Origin: Podarcis vaucheri
Lineage: Eukaryota
Strand: one strand, 5' to 3'
Length of the DNA: 64,000 bases
NCBI GenBank assembly: GCA_965113315.1
Contig: OZ220376.1
Positions 49,959 through 62,840 of this stretch are shown piece after piece. The position numbers and the translations under genes are program-made. The notes beneath the pieces were generated by a model. The model worked only from the letters and a program-made list of their open reading frames with translations, was not told the origin of the DNA and did not search any database. The first letter of the stretch is position 1. Each line of letters begins with the position of its first letter.

Positions 49959-52900
49959 TATTGGTTTTATTCATTACCATACATCACAAGGTATCTAAGT
50001 GATTAGAGTGAAGTAAATTGGGCTGAGAGGCAGTGACCGACTGGCCCAAGGTAGCCAGTGAGCTTGATGGACGGATGGGGACTAGACTCTGTCTCTCGTG
50101 GTCTGACACCCTAACCACTAGACCACAATGGCTTAATTCACATGATAAACTTTTTATAGTCTGGGGTTCCGATACGTTGTCTGTTGCTTATATGGGGCTG
50201 TAGATTAGAGCTAGAAAATAAAACACAACTTAATCCAGGAATAATTTTAAAACACTACAACCAGCCATACGTGCATAGTCACAAACTAGATGACTCTTGT
50301 TGTCCCTTTCAGGTCTACAATTCTATGATTCTAAAAATAAAGACATGCTTTATGCTGGTTTGTAAGTATATATTTACTATTTTATGGAGCAGAAAACAAT
50401 GGAAATACAAAGAAAATTCACGGAAAATTCACAAAAGGCAACAATTCTGGCCCAGACCAGTGTGATATTTGAGGGCAAATATAATATATGGGCTTCTCAG
50501 AATTAGGGATAAGCCACTGATAGTGTTTCTGCCTTTGCACTGTGCTCCTCCTTCCCCAAACAACTTGGGAGAATTCTTGCTGTGGGCCAGGAAGCAGAAG
50601 CAAGAAAGGCTTGCCATATCCTCCCCAAACACGTTCAACTGAGGCCTCTCCCAAGCAGATGTATGTTCCACATGCAGGCAGCAAAAATAAAAATTAAAAA
50701 ATGGGGGAAATTAAAATAAAACCAGAGCAGCAAGAGGGGGATTCCCATGTAGCTTCTTCCACCCCTGCATTTTCAAAAAGTTCATCAAACAGCTGCTTGT
50801 TGATGGTTCCATACAGCCAGCAGGCAGAAAAATGGTTGACAGGTGATTCCCACACTTTCCCTCCCAACCCAACATACTTTTTTTTTTTAATGAAGTCTCT
50901 CAAGTAGCTGCCTGCTACAATACAGCTGGCAGGCAGCAAAATAGAGCAGCAAGCAGATGCAACCGGCACATCTTTCTATAACTATATTCCCATAGTAGGC
51001 AGGACTTAACCTGCTGAATTTCTGCTTGCCATACAACAGTTAAAAACTCAAGAATTGTTCCCCCTTCCATTCCTGAACCAAAGCCTAGGCTACCATCCTA
51101 TGCCCACTGACCTGGGAGGAAGCCCAATTACCATAAGAGATTTACTTCCAAGTAGATATGCATACCATTGTACTTTCAGTTAATTATACAGGGGATTCTT
51201 AACAAGGGCCTGTTTTTTTTAGTTCCTGCACAGCAGGATACATGCCTAAACCTCTTAGCAAAGTTTTCATATTTGTCTTTTGCTGGTTTTTTTTTTTTTA
51301 AATATCCACCCACATTTCTTGGGACTACCTGATCTCAGACGAACCCCCCACAGGCAAGCTGCACCCTTGTTGTTAGAGGGAAAGGAAGAGCAAACTATGA
51401 AGAGTTCAAGGACTATAATTAGAGAAATAGGAAAAGCACACTCAAGAGGAGGGAAAACAGCTGTTGTTTAGGACCCCAGGGCTTACTTTTTGCTGGGTGT
51501 CAAAACACTTATCAATCACAGCTCTGATGTCACTCATTAGAAAGCGCTGACAGGCAGGAGCAGCTAGGCTGACTCATATCACAGAAATTGCTTAGGCTGG
51601 TTTTTCTGCATAACTTTAGAGACTTCTTAAAAATGAAACCTCAGAGTCTGGGGCCCCTGCTGGGGTGCCAATGAAAGCCATTGTCGGTACCATGGGTCCA
51701 CAGGAACTGGGGTGGCAATTCTCGCCTTAGTATTCTGATACAGTATGACAGTTTTGTTCTTGTTTCTGATATCAGGTGACATCTTAATTTTTACCCCCAA
51801 CATGGTAGGCAGTGTTATCCCTATCTTGTCTCTACAGTGAGTGAAAAGGTTAATCCTCGCCACAAAACACCTGTTCTTCTTGCCTCTGCTTCCTGCTGCT
51901 TTGTTTATTCTCTGCCTGGTATTTTCACTTAACTATATGGCAGCCAATAACTGCACTCTGAGGGAACTAAAACAAATGTTTGGTTCATTTTTAAATTACA
52001 TTGTATTGCTTTGTTCTAACTCTCCCTTTAAAATAAACATTGAAAGTAGAATTATTGATGTGTGTTTTTTTCTTTTAAAATAGAGTTGCATTTCATTTAG
52101 TTCAGATAATTTTAAATGGTCCTTCAGCAAAAGTAAATCAATTTTTGTACCATATAACTTTCAATTACAGTCTTTGGAGTGAAAGAACAGCATGTTTGAA
52201 AGAGCTTAAAAAGATCTCAGCAAGATTTTCTTACATAGTCTGCCTGAAATCTGGGAAAGGTTATTATTATTTTTTTATTCCCAGGGAAAACCCATCTAGT
52301 TAGAAAGCCAGGCGTGTGAGTGAGAAAAACAGTTTAAACCCCAGTCACATGCTTTAAATTTAGGTCACATCTTACTAGTTTCTTACACTTTCTTTTCTTT
52401 TAGTCCCTCAGTAACAATGTTTAAGGAAATATCGTTGAACAACAACAACAAAGCCGGGGTGGGGTGGGGAGTCCTAAATGCTTATGAAACAACTAGTGCT
52501 ATCCCAGCCTGCAGCTTATGGGCAGGAGTGAATTTGCTCCATGTCCTCCCCGCTTGCAACAGATGAAGATTGAGTGAGAGGTGTCAACATTGTCAGCACT
52601 CATCTGAGAGGATGGGCAAATCAAAGGAAGGTTGTAAACTGTTGTAAGAGGACACTTCCTCTCTTCCTCCTTAGCATTTGGTTTATTTAAACCATTTATA
52701 CTTCACCCTTTAGCCAAAAAAAGACTGCCAGAACAGCTTGTAAAAATCAGTAGGAAAAAGCTGTGGGAAGGAGGAGGAGGAAGAGGAGGAGGAAGAAGGC
52801 TAGCAAACCCTTATGGCTCCAATGAGACAAGTACATAGTGCTGTCTACAGATTTTGTCTATCTAGGAGAGGGCACCCCACCCCAGATCAGATCTGGGAGC

Positions 52901-53389
52901 AGAGCAGGTGACTATGTCTGGACCAAGCAATCAAGGTGGCTCCTCCCTAGAGTTCTTTCTTCAGACAACTGACTTGATGCCACGTGGAATCTCCACAGGA
53001 GGAGGCTTAGAGGAGTTGCCCTCCTCCCTTCCTCCCTTGCTGATGTTGGTGGTGGTTCTGGTTGTCTTGGTGCTGTCCTGCTTTCTTTGAGCAGCACCCT
53101 GGTGCTGCCCAGTATCTGCAGTTTGGCACTAATAAGTCATCTGTAGGAATTGGGAGGATATTCCTTGCAACTGGCATCTGCATCATCTCTCTTCACTTCT
53201 TCATGCTGCAGAGATTCTACATAAATGCAATAATCCTCTTTCCCCACAAAGAGTATTTGCTGCTCTGTGTGACATTCTCTCCCCCTCCCCCAATACTCTA
53301 GGTTATTTTTCCTACCCAGCTGGTAACATATTCATCTCCTACGATGGCAAAGCCCTGAGCTCTATGGGCACAAAAACCAGAGTCCCTGC

Positions 53390-53533
53390 ACCTTAGTGAT
53401 GGAGCACATGCTTTGAATGCAGAAGGTCTCAGGATCAGTCTCTGGCATCTCCAGTTGAAGAGTTGAACACATGCACAATCTGAGTTGATATTGATGGACC
53501 AGTGCTCTGACTTGGCACAAGGCAGTTCCATAC
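53390..53533 (+). mobile_element. Degenerate tRNA-derived SINE
   Basis: gagcacatgctttgaatgcagaaggtc...ctggcatctccag head; related to 61301-61505. Confidence 0.6.
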
Positions 53534-54385
53534 ATCCACATGTTTCCTATGCTGTCAGATAATGCCAGAAGATCCAAACCATATAGAAGAAAACTTATGT
53601 TTTGGCTTCTTCCACATGGCCTGGAGCTTCTCCTGCCACCGAGCAGCAATGATTCCCATGCCACAAAATTAATGTTGGAAAAGAACCTTATGCCAATAAA
53701 TGTTGCCATCTAAGATACTTGAATAAAATATAAATAACATAAATAGAATAAAGATATTTAAAATATCCAGAGCTGTGACCCCTCTGAGGCATTGTATATA
53801 TCTGATTAATGGAGACAAACTTTGACGGTACCATTTCAAATGTTATCCTGAACAAATATATTCAATAACATAATTTTTTTTCCTTGAAGCAATATTTAAA
53901 AGGGAGACAAAGCTGAAAATTCTGCTTAAGGTCCTTTCATTACACATTTTTCTTGTTCTTTTTCCTTTTCCTTTCAGTAACAGGAATGGTTAGGAGAGAG
54001 CAGGGCTGCATTCCACAAGGGTACATAATATCTTATGACATCCAGCTTAAGGAGAACTCATAACTCATGAATGCCATAGCTGTAAAACAGCTGAGTTAAG
54101 GGGCCATTTTTAACCTGAGATAATAAATTGTGCACCAAGACTTCACTTACTGTATTAAAAGGGCACCTTATAGCACTAGACAATGAAGATGTGATGCCAC
54201 TGTGCATTCAGCTGTGTTAATATAACTCAGGCTGCCTTTATGTGCCATCAAAACACAGTATTTTTCCTTTCCCACAAAAGCATACCTGTAAATAGAAACA
54301 GATGGGTAGCCGTGTTGGTCTGCCATAGTCAAAATAAAAAAATTCCTTCCTGTAGCACCTTAAAGACCAACTAAGTTAGTTCTTG

Positions 54386-54423
54386 GTATAAGCTTTCGTG
54401 TGCATGCACACTTCTTCAGATAC
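54386..54423 (-). ncRNA. Hammerhead ribozyme motif, left arm
   Basis: Reverse complement of 54428-54465. Confidence 0.65.
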
Positions 54424-54427
54424 AGGT

Positions 54428-54465
54428 GTATCTGAAGAAGTGTGCATGCACACGAAAGCTTATAC
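54428..54465 (+). ncRNA. Hammerhead ribozyme motif, right arm
   Basis: GTAT CTGAAGA A GTGTG CATG CACAC GAAA GCTT ATAC; the cleavage-site nucleotide is U here, versus C in the other copies. Confidence 0.65.
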
Positions 54466-54524
54466 CAAGAACTAACTTAGTTGGTCTTTAAGGTGCTACA
54501 GGAAGGAATTTTTTTATTGTAAAT

Positions 54525-54525
<1 letters not shown>

Positions 54526-54581
<56 letters not shown>
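54526..54581. repeat. (GAAA)14 microsatellite
   Basis: Perfect tetranucleotide array, read directly. Confidence 0.95.
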
Positions 54582-54583
<2 letters not shown>

Positions 54584-54759
54584 GTATGCTTTTATAAATC
54601 TTATTTAGGAATTAAATGAGAACATACATGTGTGCTCACAAAGCAGAACTAGCATATAATAGGCTGATTTTGACCATAGTGTAAGCATTTTAACTATTCA
54701 AATGGAGGGAGTTGGAACACCAGTCTCTTTAGACGCATCCCACTTTCCCCCCATTTGTG

Positions 54760-55520
54760 CCTTTGGTATTTCACCTTTAAGAAATTCCCATCCATCTTGG
54801 ATTCCCTTCTCTTTGAGTGTTTCTGACCATGGGATCTCACCCAGTAGTTCCTTAAGCTTTTTAAATCAGCCTTCTTAAAACCCAGAGTGCTTGTCTGACT
54901 TACACTCAGCTTTCCTTTGCCTCTGTATCAGGAAAGCCAGGAGGCCATGATCACTTTCTCCCACGTTTCTCCATACTTTCACTTTGTCGATCAGTTCCTC
55001 CCTGTTGGCAAGGGCCAGGTTCCCCTTGTTCCTTCCTCCACCTTCCTGGGAATGAAATTGTCAGTGAGGCAATGGAGGAATTTGCTGGACCTTTCCTTCT
55101 TGGCAGAGTCTGAGTTCCAACAGATATTGGAGTAATTGAAGTCTTCCATGACTACTATATCTCTCCTTTTGAATGTTTGGAAATCTGCTCTAGAAAGGAA
55201 TCATCCAAGTCTTTGGTCTGGCTTGGAGGTCTCTAGCAGACACACCCAGTAAGGTCACTGTTGTTTCCCTCTCCTACAATTCTCTCTCCTATGATACCAT
55301 ATATTTCAGTTTGCCTTCCATTCTCCAGGTCGTGTGCCCCTAGACCCTTCAGTTTCCTGCCCAGAGTCTCATAGTCCCTTGCTATGTGTTGAAGTCTGTG
55401 TCTGGCAGTATCATTTGTAAGGGGTTGTGGTCAGTGGGCTTTATAACACAGGGCAACTTCTCTGCCACATCGTGAATCTTTGCACCTGGAAAGCAGCACA
55501 TCTCCTGGGACGTCCTGTTT
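54760..55520 (-). mobile_element. Degenerate CR1 5'/internal fragments (ORF1 esterase-like domain and ORF2 AP endonuclease)
   Basis: Minus peptides QEMCCFPGAKIHDVAEKLPCVIKPTD (CR1 ORF1 SGNH-like) and VC*RPPSQTKDLDDSFLEQI...VMEDFNYSNICW (APE YRPP and GDFN motifs). Confidence 0.8.
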
Positions 55521-57462
55521 GTGCAATTGTGAAAACAAATGCAGTGCAAGCACACACACACACAACACAAGAAATCCAACATGGTGTGTCATGGCATGAG
55601 GTGTCATGGCAGTCCAATAACAATCAAATGGACAGGAAAAAAAGGATAGAAAGAATAGATAATTATAAAGAGAGAGTTTTAAATTGAAATGAGAGTCATT
55701 CACCTAGGTAGCAGGCAGGGTTTGTCTGTGTGCATTCAACATGTGCATTCTGGGGGCTTCACTCTGCAAATCCTTTATGTGAGTCTCATGGAAGATAGAA
55801 GCATTGAAAACATTCTGGATACAGTTAAAGTGCTCAGCCCTTGTGATCTCTTCATAGTTGTGCTTGAACCATTTGCAGATTTATATTGCTTTTACACACA
55901 ACTTTGCATTTATGTGGATGATAGCCTGTGCTAAAAATATTTCTCTATATTTGGGCCACCGCTTCTCACTGGAACTTTGAAGCATTTCCTGTTTGTTAAT
56001 TTCATACTCTCTTCCCTGATGGCAGAGGTATGTTTGCTAGGTGATGCCTTCACAAGTCTTTATCACTACTGGAGATGTGAGCTCAGTACATGTTACGTTC
56101 TATACAGCAAAAAGTGTCTCTCTCCCATTTTTGTGAAAGTGCTGTATTCAGCAGTAGCAGTCAAGAATGCTGCTGTTAATACCCATTATTCTGTTTCCTT
56201 CCACCTGCCATAGCTGTGGGGTTTTTTTTTTTGGTATTATTAAACTTGAATATCCCTAAAAACATAGTATTTTTTTTTAAAAAATGATGTATTCTCTTTG
56301 ACAGACTTCCCAAGAGTACCAGAACTAATGGCATAGTCTTTGAAAGCAATCTTTTTTGATAACATAATCAGATAAAAAATTGCTTACATTATGACAAGAA
56401 GTTTTGGTTGCTTCATGCTCGACATTGTGATGCATCTTGACAGATGTTATTATGGCACACAATTTGCATTGCAACTATTTTTGCCATGCTACAGCTTATG
56501 ACAAAGTATAGATTCCCCCCCCTCCAGTTGTTTCTATGGCATCGGTGGCTCCAGTTCTAATTCCATGGCTCGTTATGGTAACAGTCCCATTAATGTTAAG
56601 AACCTGGATGGTAATGGGATAAAAAACAACAAATAACAACAGTACATTTATTTGCTGTACAGCCGATTTGACAGCAGCATCACACAATTCCCAAGCATCC
56701 CTGACATGTACACAGGCCACTGTCATCTTCCACACCAAAGAACATGCGGCATATGTGGGGAGTTGCCAAAGGGCCTATTTAAGGAAAACACCCTATGAGA
56801 TACACATGGCTAAAGCACAGGCAGCTGTGGTGAGCATGGGGCTGATAGCAGGCAGCTGACATCTGCTCCTCCACTGTGGTGTGACAAGCAGCCCTGCTCC
56901 CAACCCCACCTTGGCCACCACTGCACCCATGGGCATAGCCAGGATTTATGTTAGGGGGGCAGAAGCTCAGTTAGTTAAGTATTTTTCTTTTATTTACTTG
57001 ATTTAGGGGGCAGTTGCCCCCTGCTCCCCCCGGCTGCATCCACCCTAAGCACCTCCTTCACCTCCTGCTGCATTTCAGCCTCTCCAGCTGAGGCAGAATT
57101 TCCTAACCAGGCTTTTTATTTTGTACTTACATTCCCCCTCTCTCCCCACATGCCTCTCAAAGTATTTCAGTCATCTCCTTTGTCATGTTTTCCCCTTCTC
57201 ATTTCACATGTAAATGGATGGGTCACAATTTTTCATCCTTCTTCTCTGCCTCTTTTGCATGGTGTGGAGATATGAATGTGTATTTGTGTGTTTACGTTTG
57301 TGTGAAGGGTAAGGGCCAGAAGGTGGAGCAGCTAGAGCTGCCATATGTCCGTTTCTCCTCCCCTGCCTCTAACCATGTATGCCCCAAACTTACTCTCTTA
57401 ACTCTCTCTTTTGCATTCCCACATGCTGTGCATGTTTGGGGCTGCTGGTTCAGTCAACACTA

Positions 57463-57690
57463 TTTGTTTATTTAATTTGTGTACTACCGGTATTCTACAT
57501 TCGTAGATCTCAGGGCGATTCACAATATAAAAATACAACATAAAAACACAAAATACATGATAAAAATAAGAACTAAAATCACAAACCAATCAACCCCCCC
57601 CCCCGAGGCAAGCAAGTGAGGACACAGACAAGGATGGATGCCCTTTGGTGGTGAGGACCACCTGAAAGTAAACTGAAGTCCACTGGTGGT
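57463..57690 (-). mobile_element. L2-type 3' tail remnant
   Basis: tttgtttatttaatttgt...ccg...atctcagggcgattcacaatataaaa is a typical reversed squamate LINE tail. Confidence 0.5.
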
Positions 57691-58703
57691 CCCTCACACA
57701 TATGAACTCATGTGCATTAACTCTGAGGGAATCTCCACACTTTCCAGTGCAGCTCTGATCTGTGTATCTGCAGCTTCTCACAACAAACTTGTCAAGTCTG
57801 GACATCACACTCAATACTTCAAATGTCTGTGTGCAGATATTTGGGGTTTCTCCTTTTGTCCAGAGTTCCTTCACAAGGGTATACATGTAAAGATGTGTGC
57901 AGGATTCTGTGCATTGTATTTACTGTGGAAAACATCAGCATTAGCATTTTGTGTTTCTTCCCACAAGATATGCATGGAATTATAGTAAGTTGTTGTTGTT
58001 GTTGTTACCCACCTACAAGGCTTAGTGAACTAAAAATCTTCATGCCACCATGCTTGGTATAATAGGAGTTGTGGCTCTTCCTTTGGAATCAATTTTTTTT
58101 TTTTGAGGGGGGGAAGGATGCCCTGTTCTGAATAGCAGGGCTTAGTCATATGAAATAATTATATAATCTTTGCCTTTTAGTGTTATGGCATATTGGGGGA
58201 AATGTTGTCTAGCCAGCTCCAATGCAGAACAATTGTGTCAATTTTTTCTCTCTTTTTCACCATGACCTTTTTCTTTTAGTGTAAGAATGAACGTGCTTCA
58301 GCTAATATTATTCCTAGTTAGGCTCAAATTCTTGAGAATTCAGATAACGTGTAAAAAGCTAATTCAGTGCCTGACAGTCAAAACAAGGCATGCAACATCA
58401 ACAGCTTGCATTTCATAATAAATCCTAACTACTAATGATTGTATGCTGAGAATAGTACCAGACTGCAAATATTTCACATACCCTTTCAGTCCCAAGCCAG
58501 ATTTTATTTACTAGCATGGCATTTTGGTAGTCTAGTGACAAGCATCCAGTGCTTTGCTTTCCAGACTGTCCTAATTGCCACTCTGCAAGATGAGTTATGC
58601 TGCTCTCAGGCCACTAGGAGTCAGACTGTATAACAAAATTGATTGGAGACTGCCTTTAAAAACCCAATTCCTTTCTGCATCCTCCTTTGAATCTTATGTC
58701 TGA

Positions 58704-58942
58704 GGGCTCGCCCACACTTCTGCTACAAAGCATGGGTCCAATGAGTTTTCTGCTTGGCCAGTGCTTTCTAGCCATGGGTCCGAGCCGTCTTCCCTTTGCC
58801 CCATTCCTTTCCCATGGAAACCCCACTATTTAGTGCAAACGTCCATCTGAAGACAACCCAATTGTCATTTGCTCCAATTGACAACAAAGAGAAGTTTTCC
58901 CTAGGGAAAAGCAGCAGGATGAGAGGAAGTGTGGATAAGCCC
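58704..58942. mobile_element. PIF/Harbinger-like MITE
   Basis: TIRs GGGCTCGCCCACACTTC / GAAGTGTGGATAAGCCC; 3-bp TSD TGA at 58701-58703 and 58943-58945. Confidence 0.75.
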
Positions 58943-60211
58943 TGAGCTGAAGACTTTTGTTGCCTTTAGAGACAGAGAAGAGTCGCTCAGATCACCAAAG
59001 GAGCACGTTATACGGGTGAACACCTCAGAGTTCGTGTTTGTCAGATCTCATTACAGGGGCTGCTATTGCAAGGCCACATTGCAGTTGCTTTTTGTCCTTC
59101 ACATGCTGCACACTGCCAGCCATTTCTACCATCACTTATGTGGCCTGGAAAATCAGCATGACACAAGCTACTGTAAGTTGCTAGCCTCAGGTCTAGTCCT
59201 AGAGGATTGGTGCAATGCACCGACATTACTGCATGCTTCCTCTGTCCCCACAATTTCAACCTGAGCCTGGTGGGAAAATATAGTTCTTTTCAGGGAATGA
59301 GCAACCCATGGGACTTTGGAGAAATGTGAATTGCTACGTTGGTCTTTCTGCTGTGGTATCTGGGAGCTGCGTCCACTTATAGCTAACTGCGGAATGCATC
59401 TCTTGGACACACAGATTAGCCAATTTGTTTGTTGCATTCATGCAAATATATCAACAGGACCAAAGTCAATATGCATTCAACAAGCGGATGGACAAATGTA
59501 GATTATGGGATTTTATTATTTAGCAATGATGGAAGTTGTAGTCCAAAAACTTTTTGAGGACCACAGGTTTCCAACCGTTTGTTTAGAGTGATCTTCATTT
59601 GGCCCAAATGCATTTGCTTCCTCAAATGAAATGAATTCTGTGCTGGCTGCACTCTTATCATATCCTTGATGCAGAGAGCATACACTTTGCTCTTTTTAAG
59701 TTGAACACAGACTTTATATCTTTGTTTATTTGTTAGAAATGCAGAAACAGATCAATGACAGCAAAGGCAAAATTGCTTGTCCAGTATGAATTCAGAAGTA
59801 GGTATGGTATAGATTGAATGGTTTGTTCCTGGTATTTTGTTGTTGTTTTTATTACACTTTAAGAATTTCAAAGAAGCCAACAGAACAGGACCAGAATGAC
59901 ATATCTGAAACCAAACTCCATATAAATTCTCTCACACTAAAACTAAATTGAGGGGAAGAAATGTTAAAATATATTGCCCTTTAAAACAACATTAATAGCA
60001 TTTGCAGGCGGTAAGCAAGGTGACACCATAAATGTGAGAGGAAACTCACAGAACTTCAATAAGAGCTTCTTTGGACTCTTATCTGTCCTCTTCTCCACCC
60101 CACCTTCCCTCATCGTATAGACTACCTCCCTCGGTAGATTTTGTGTGAAACTGAATCCTAACATGAGACGCAAAAATGAAAGTTGGCTTGCTTTCTTGTA
60201 TTTATGTTTTG

Positions 60212-61070
60212 TGTGGACAGGCGGAGTCCCCCAGATTCCGGGTTGCCCCCCCATCATGTGGAATAACGACTCAAGACAACGTGCTATGGGATTAAATTGG
60301 CCACAACTTTATTATATTTTAGATGTGGGTAGACCTTGGCTCAGGCATTGGGCGTTATCCCTCCCCAGTCCCCAGCCAGGGACCTAGGGAACATCAGGGT
60401 TATCCAGTGTGTGTGTGTGGGGGGGTGGTGGTCTGGCTCTGGAGAACATATGTTCAAGCAGAGATAGCTGCTTATGACGCCGCCACAGGGGAGAGCAATG
60501 ATGACCTCTCGGCGTACGGTCAAAGCCTCCCTTCAGAAACCCCTTTAACGGGGAACCCTGGTATCACCGCTGCAAAGAGGAAGATAGACTAAAGGATTCC
60601 GCCCAAGGCCTGATACTGCCAAAGTTGTGACGTTTTGCTACGTGAAAGGCAAAACCTGCCAATGCAGGGGAATTCCTTTCCGGCCCTTTAACAGCGACCT
60701 TGACGTAGCAGCGCCCGCATACCTGTGAAGAAAAGGTTAACCTGCAAAATAAGACTTAACTGGGGGTGGGTAGGGTGGGAGAAGCTCTGGAGCCAAGTGA
60801 GGATTCCCAGGTAAGCTCTTCCCTCTATTGTGTGGGCAGGTAGTCCCTCCCCTACCTGGCCTGGTCTCCTTGGCAACGCTTCCCCCAGGCGCGATTGTAC
60901 AACTGACTGAGGTAGGCGGAGGCCTCCAGGTATCCCACCTGAGGGAAAGCAAAGCGAAGCCTGTGTTGATGGAGCCACTCCAGATCCAGGGGCTGCGTGC
61001 GTCCATGCAAAGAGCGCCCCCTGTTTTATGTGGGGAGCGGTCACTCTGATTGGATTGCTCTGATTTGCAA
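60212..61070 (-). mobile_element. CpG-rich LTR-like retroelement segment, class uncertain
   Basis: Sharp rise in GC and CpG; the minus strand reads AATAAAGTTGTGGCC, then a GT-rich tract, and ends ...TCCACA at 60212. The other boundary and a TSD were not resolved. Confidence 0.45.
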
Positions 61071-61300
61071 TATGTGAAAGTGTAGCAATGATATGCGGTC
61101 AGTCCCCCGTCCCCCCCAAAGTCACATCAGTAGCATCTTACCTTTCCAAGGATGGATTGTATAGGAGGGAATATGCTAGGATTAACCTGTCAGAAAGTTA
61201 CCATTTTTTGTGTAGTATTTCCATTCTTTTTTGTCCCTGTTTCTTTTGCAGCCCAATACATACAGATCAGATCTTCCTAACATTTATTTGTCATTGTTAG

Positions 61301-61505
61301 GGAAGAGGACCATAAGTGGTAGGAGAGCACATGCTTTGGATGCAAATAATTCCAGGTTCAATTCCCAGTGCATCTCCAGGGAGGGCTGGGAAAGACCCTC
61401 GCCAAGACCCTGGAGAGCTACTGTCAGTCAGTGTAGAGAGACAATACTGGGCTAGATGCGCCAATAATGGTCTGGCTCAGTGTAAGGCAGCTTCCTGTCT
61501 TCCTC
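61301..61505 (+). mobile_element. tRNA-derived SINE with CR1-like 3' part (Squam2-like)
   Basis: agtggtag..gagcacatgcttt...ccaggttcaattccc head; 3' part ctgggctagatg...tggtctggctcagtgtaaggcagcttcct. Confidence 0.65.
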
Positions 61506-61594
61506 TTGTGCAGTTGTTCTGTTCCATTTGCATTTTCATATTCATGTGCATGGCTTCTGGGGCCTAAAATGAACAGCAACATAAAAATGAGCCT

Positions 61595-61630
61595 TAATCT
61601 AATCTAATCTAATCTAATCTAGTCTAATCT
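61595..61630. repeat. (TAATC)n pentanucleotide microsatellite
   Basis: Read directly. Confidence 0.85.
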
Positions 61631-62840
61631 GACTCTGTCAGATTTCAGTGTGGGTATGTTTAATTTAAGACAAAGGCGAAGAACCAGTAAACATGTAAGA
61701 TGTACTCCACTCCTACTCTATCTTGCTCTTGTGATGCACACCAAGATAAAGTACTGTACTGATTTGAAGAGCAAACAATCGCTTTGATGCAAAATCAGGA
61801 GATAGCATCAGGCACCTGAAACTTCTTATTCTCTTACAATGTTACCTCTCTATGTAAACTTCTATGAGTATGAAAATCTTTAATTTTTTCCCCTGGTGTG
61901 ACCTTCTGTGCTACAATATCAAAAACTTATTAAAGCAAAATAGATGGAGAATGATGTTAGGAAACCCCAAGCCTCTCAATTAGCTCAAATTTCCAAGTGA
62001 TGGCTTGAGGACTCATATTGAATGCTAAGGCAGCCTCACTTATAGCTCCCTGTGATCCAGAATAATTGCACATATCATTAGCATTCAATTAACACGAGTT
62101 AAATTTCTCTAAGTACTGCTAACTTGGAAGACCCCATTTATTGATGTACTGCAATAGATTCTCCTAATTTGATGGCTACCAATGCTAGACATCTATGCTG
62201 CTTTAACTGGCCTGTAGAAATGAAATTTCTACTCCTTGTCTGCCAATTCTCTAATGAATGCAAGATGGGGCATATTTTACCATATTTAGAGTGAGAAGCT
62301 CTCATGAAAGTCACAAATGATCTCCTTGAGGTTCTTTGTTCTTAATTTATTTCATCTCTCTGTTGCATTTGGCACTGCTGGCAACCACCTTTATTTCCTC
62401 CACCAAACAAATTTCTAGCACTTAGCTATCAGTTTATCTTCTTTCTCTTTCACAGCCTCCCTTGAGGTGCTCCCTGTTTGCTCACGGTGTTTCGTAAGGT
62501 CTAGCCTTCTGCTTACTCTGAACTGGGAGTTGCTTGGTGTGACTCAGTTTCCCTGAGCACACACCAAACATTTTACATGTTTCATACATGTACTGGTGAA
62601 TGAGCCAGGTGAGTCATCAGACCCACCTGAAAAGCATCCATTAGACTGAACTGAAGCCCACTGTGGATTTCCTATGAGGCAGAGCAAGACAGCAGCAGCA
62701 GGAAACAGATGCTGTTGGGTAAAGAGGAGCACCGAGCTATTAGAAGACAGACTTGTGGGTCATGCAACCTATCCTGTGCCTCCACCCCACCACCAGCTAG
62801 TCTGTTGCCCCCCACTGTGCTAGAGTGCTACAGAGTACTA

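Larger units (their letters stand above)
54299..54517. mobile_element. Penelope-like insertion made of two inverted pLTR copies (palindrome)
   Basis: 54333-54424 is the exact reverse complement of 54427-54518; the left arm has the extra tail cagatgggtagccgtgttggtctgccatagtc; 12-bp TSD TGTAAATAGAAA at 54287-54298 and 54518-54529. Confidence 0.92.

Noticed and set aside
53945-53990. Strong polypyrimidine tract + CAG as the next SDK1 exon
   Set aside because: The downstream sequence does not translate into the expected continuation of Ig2, and no matching donor was found.
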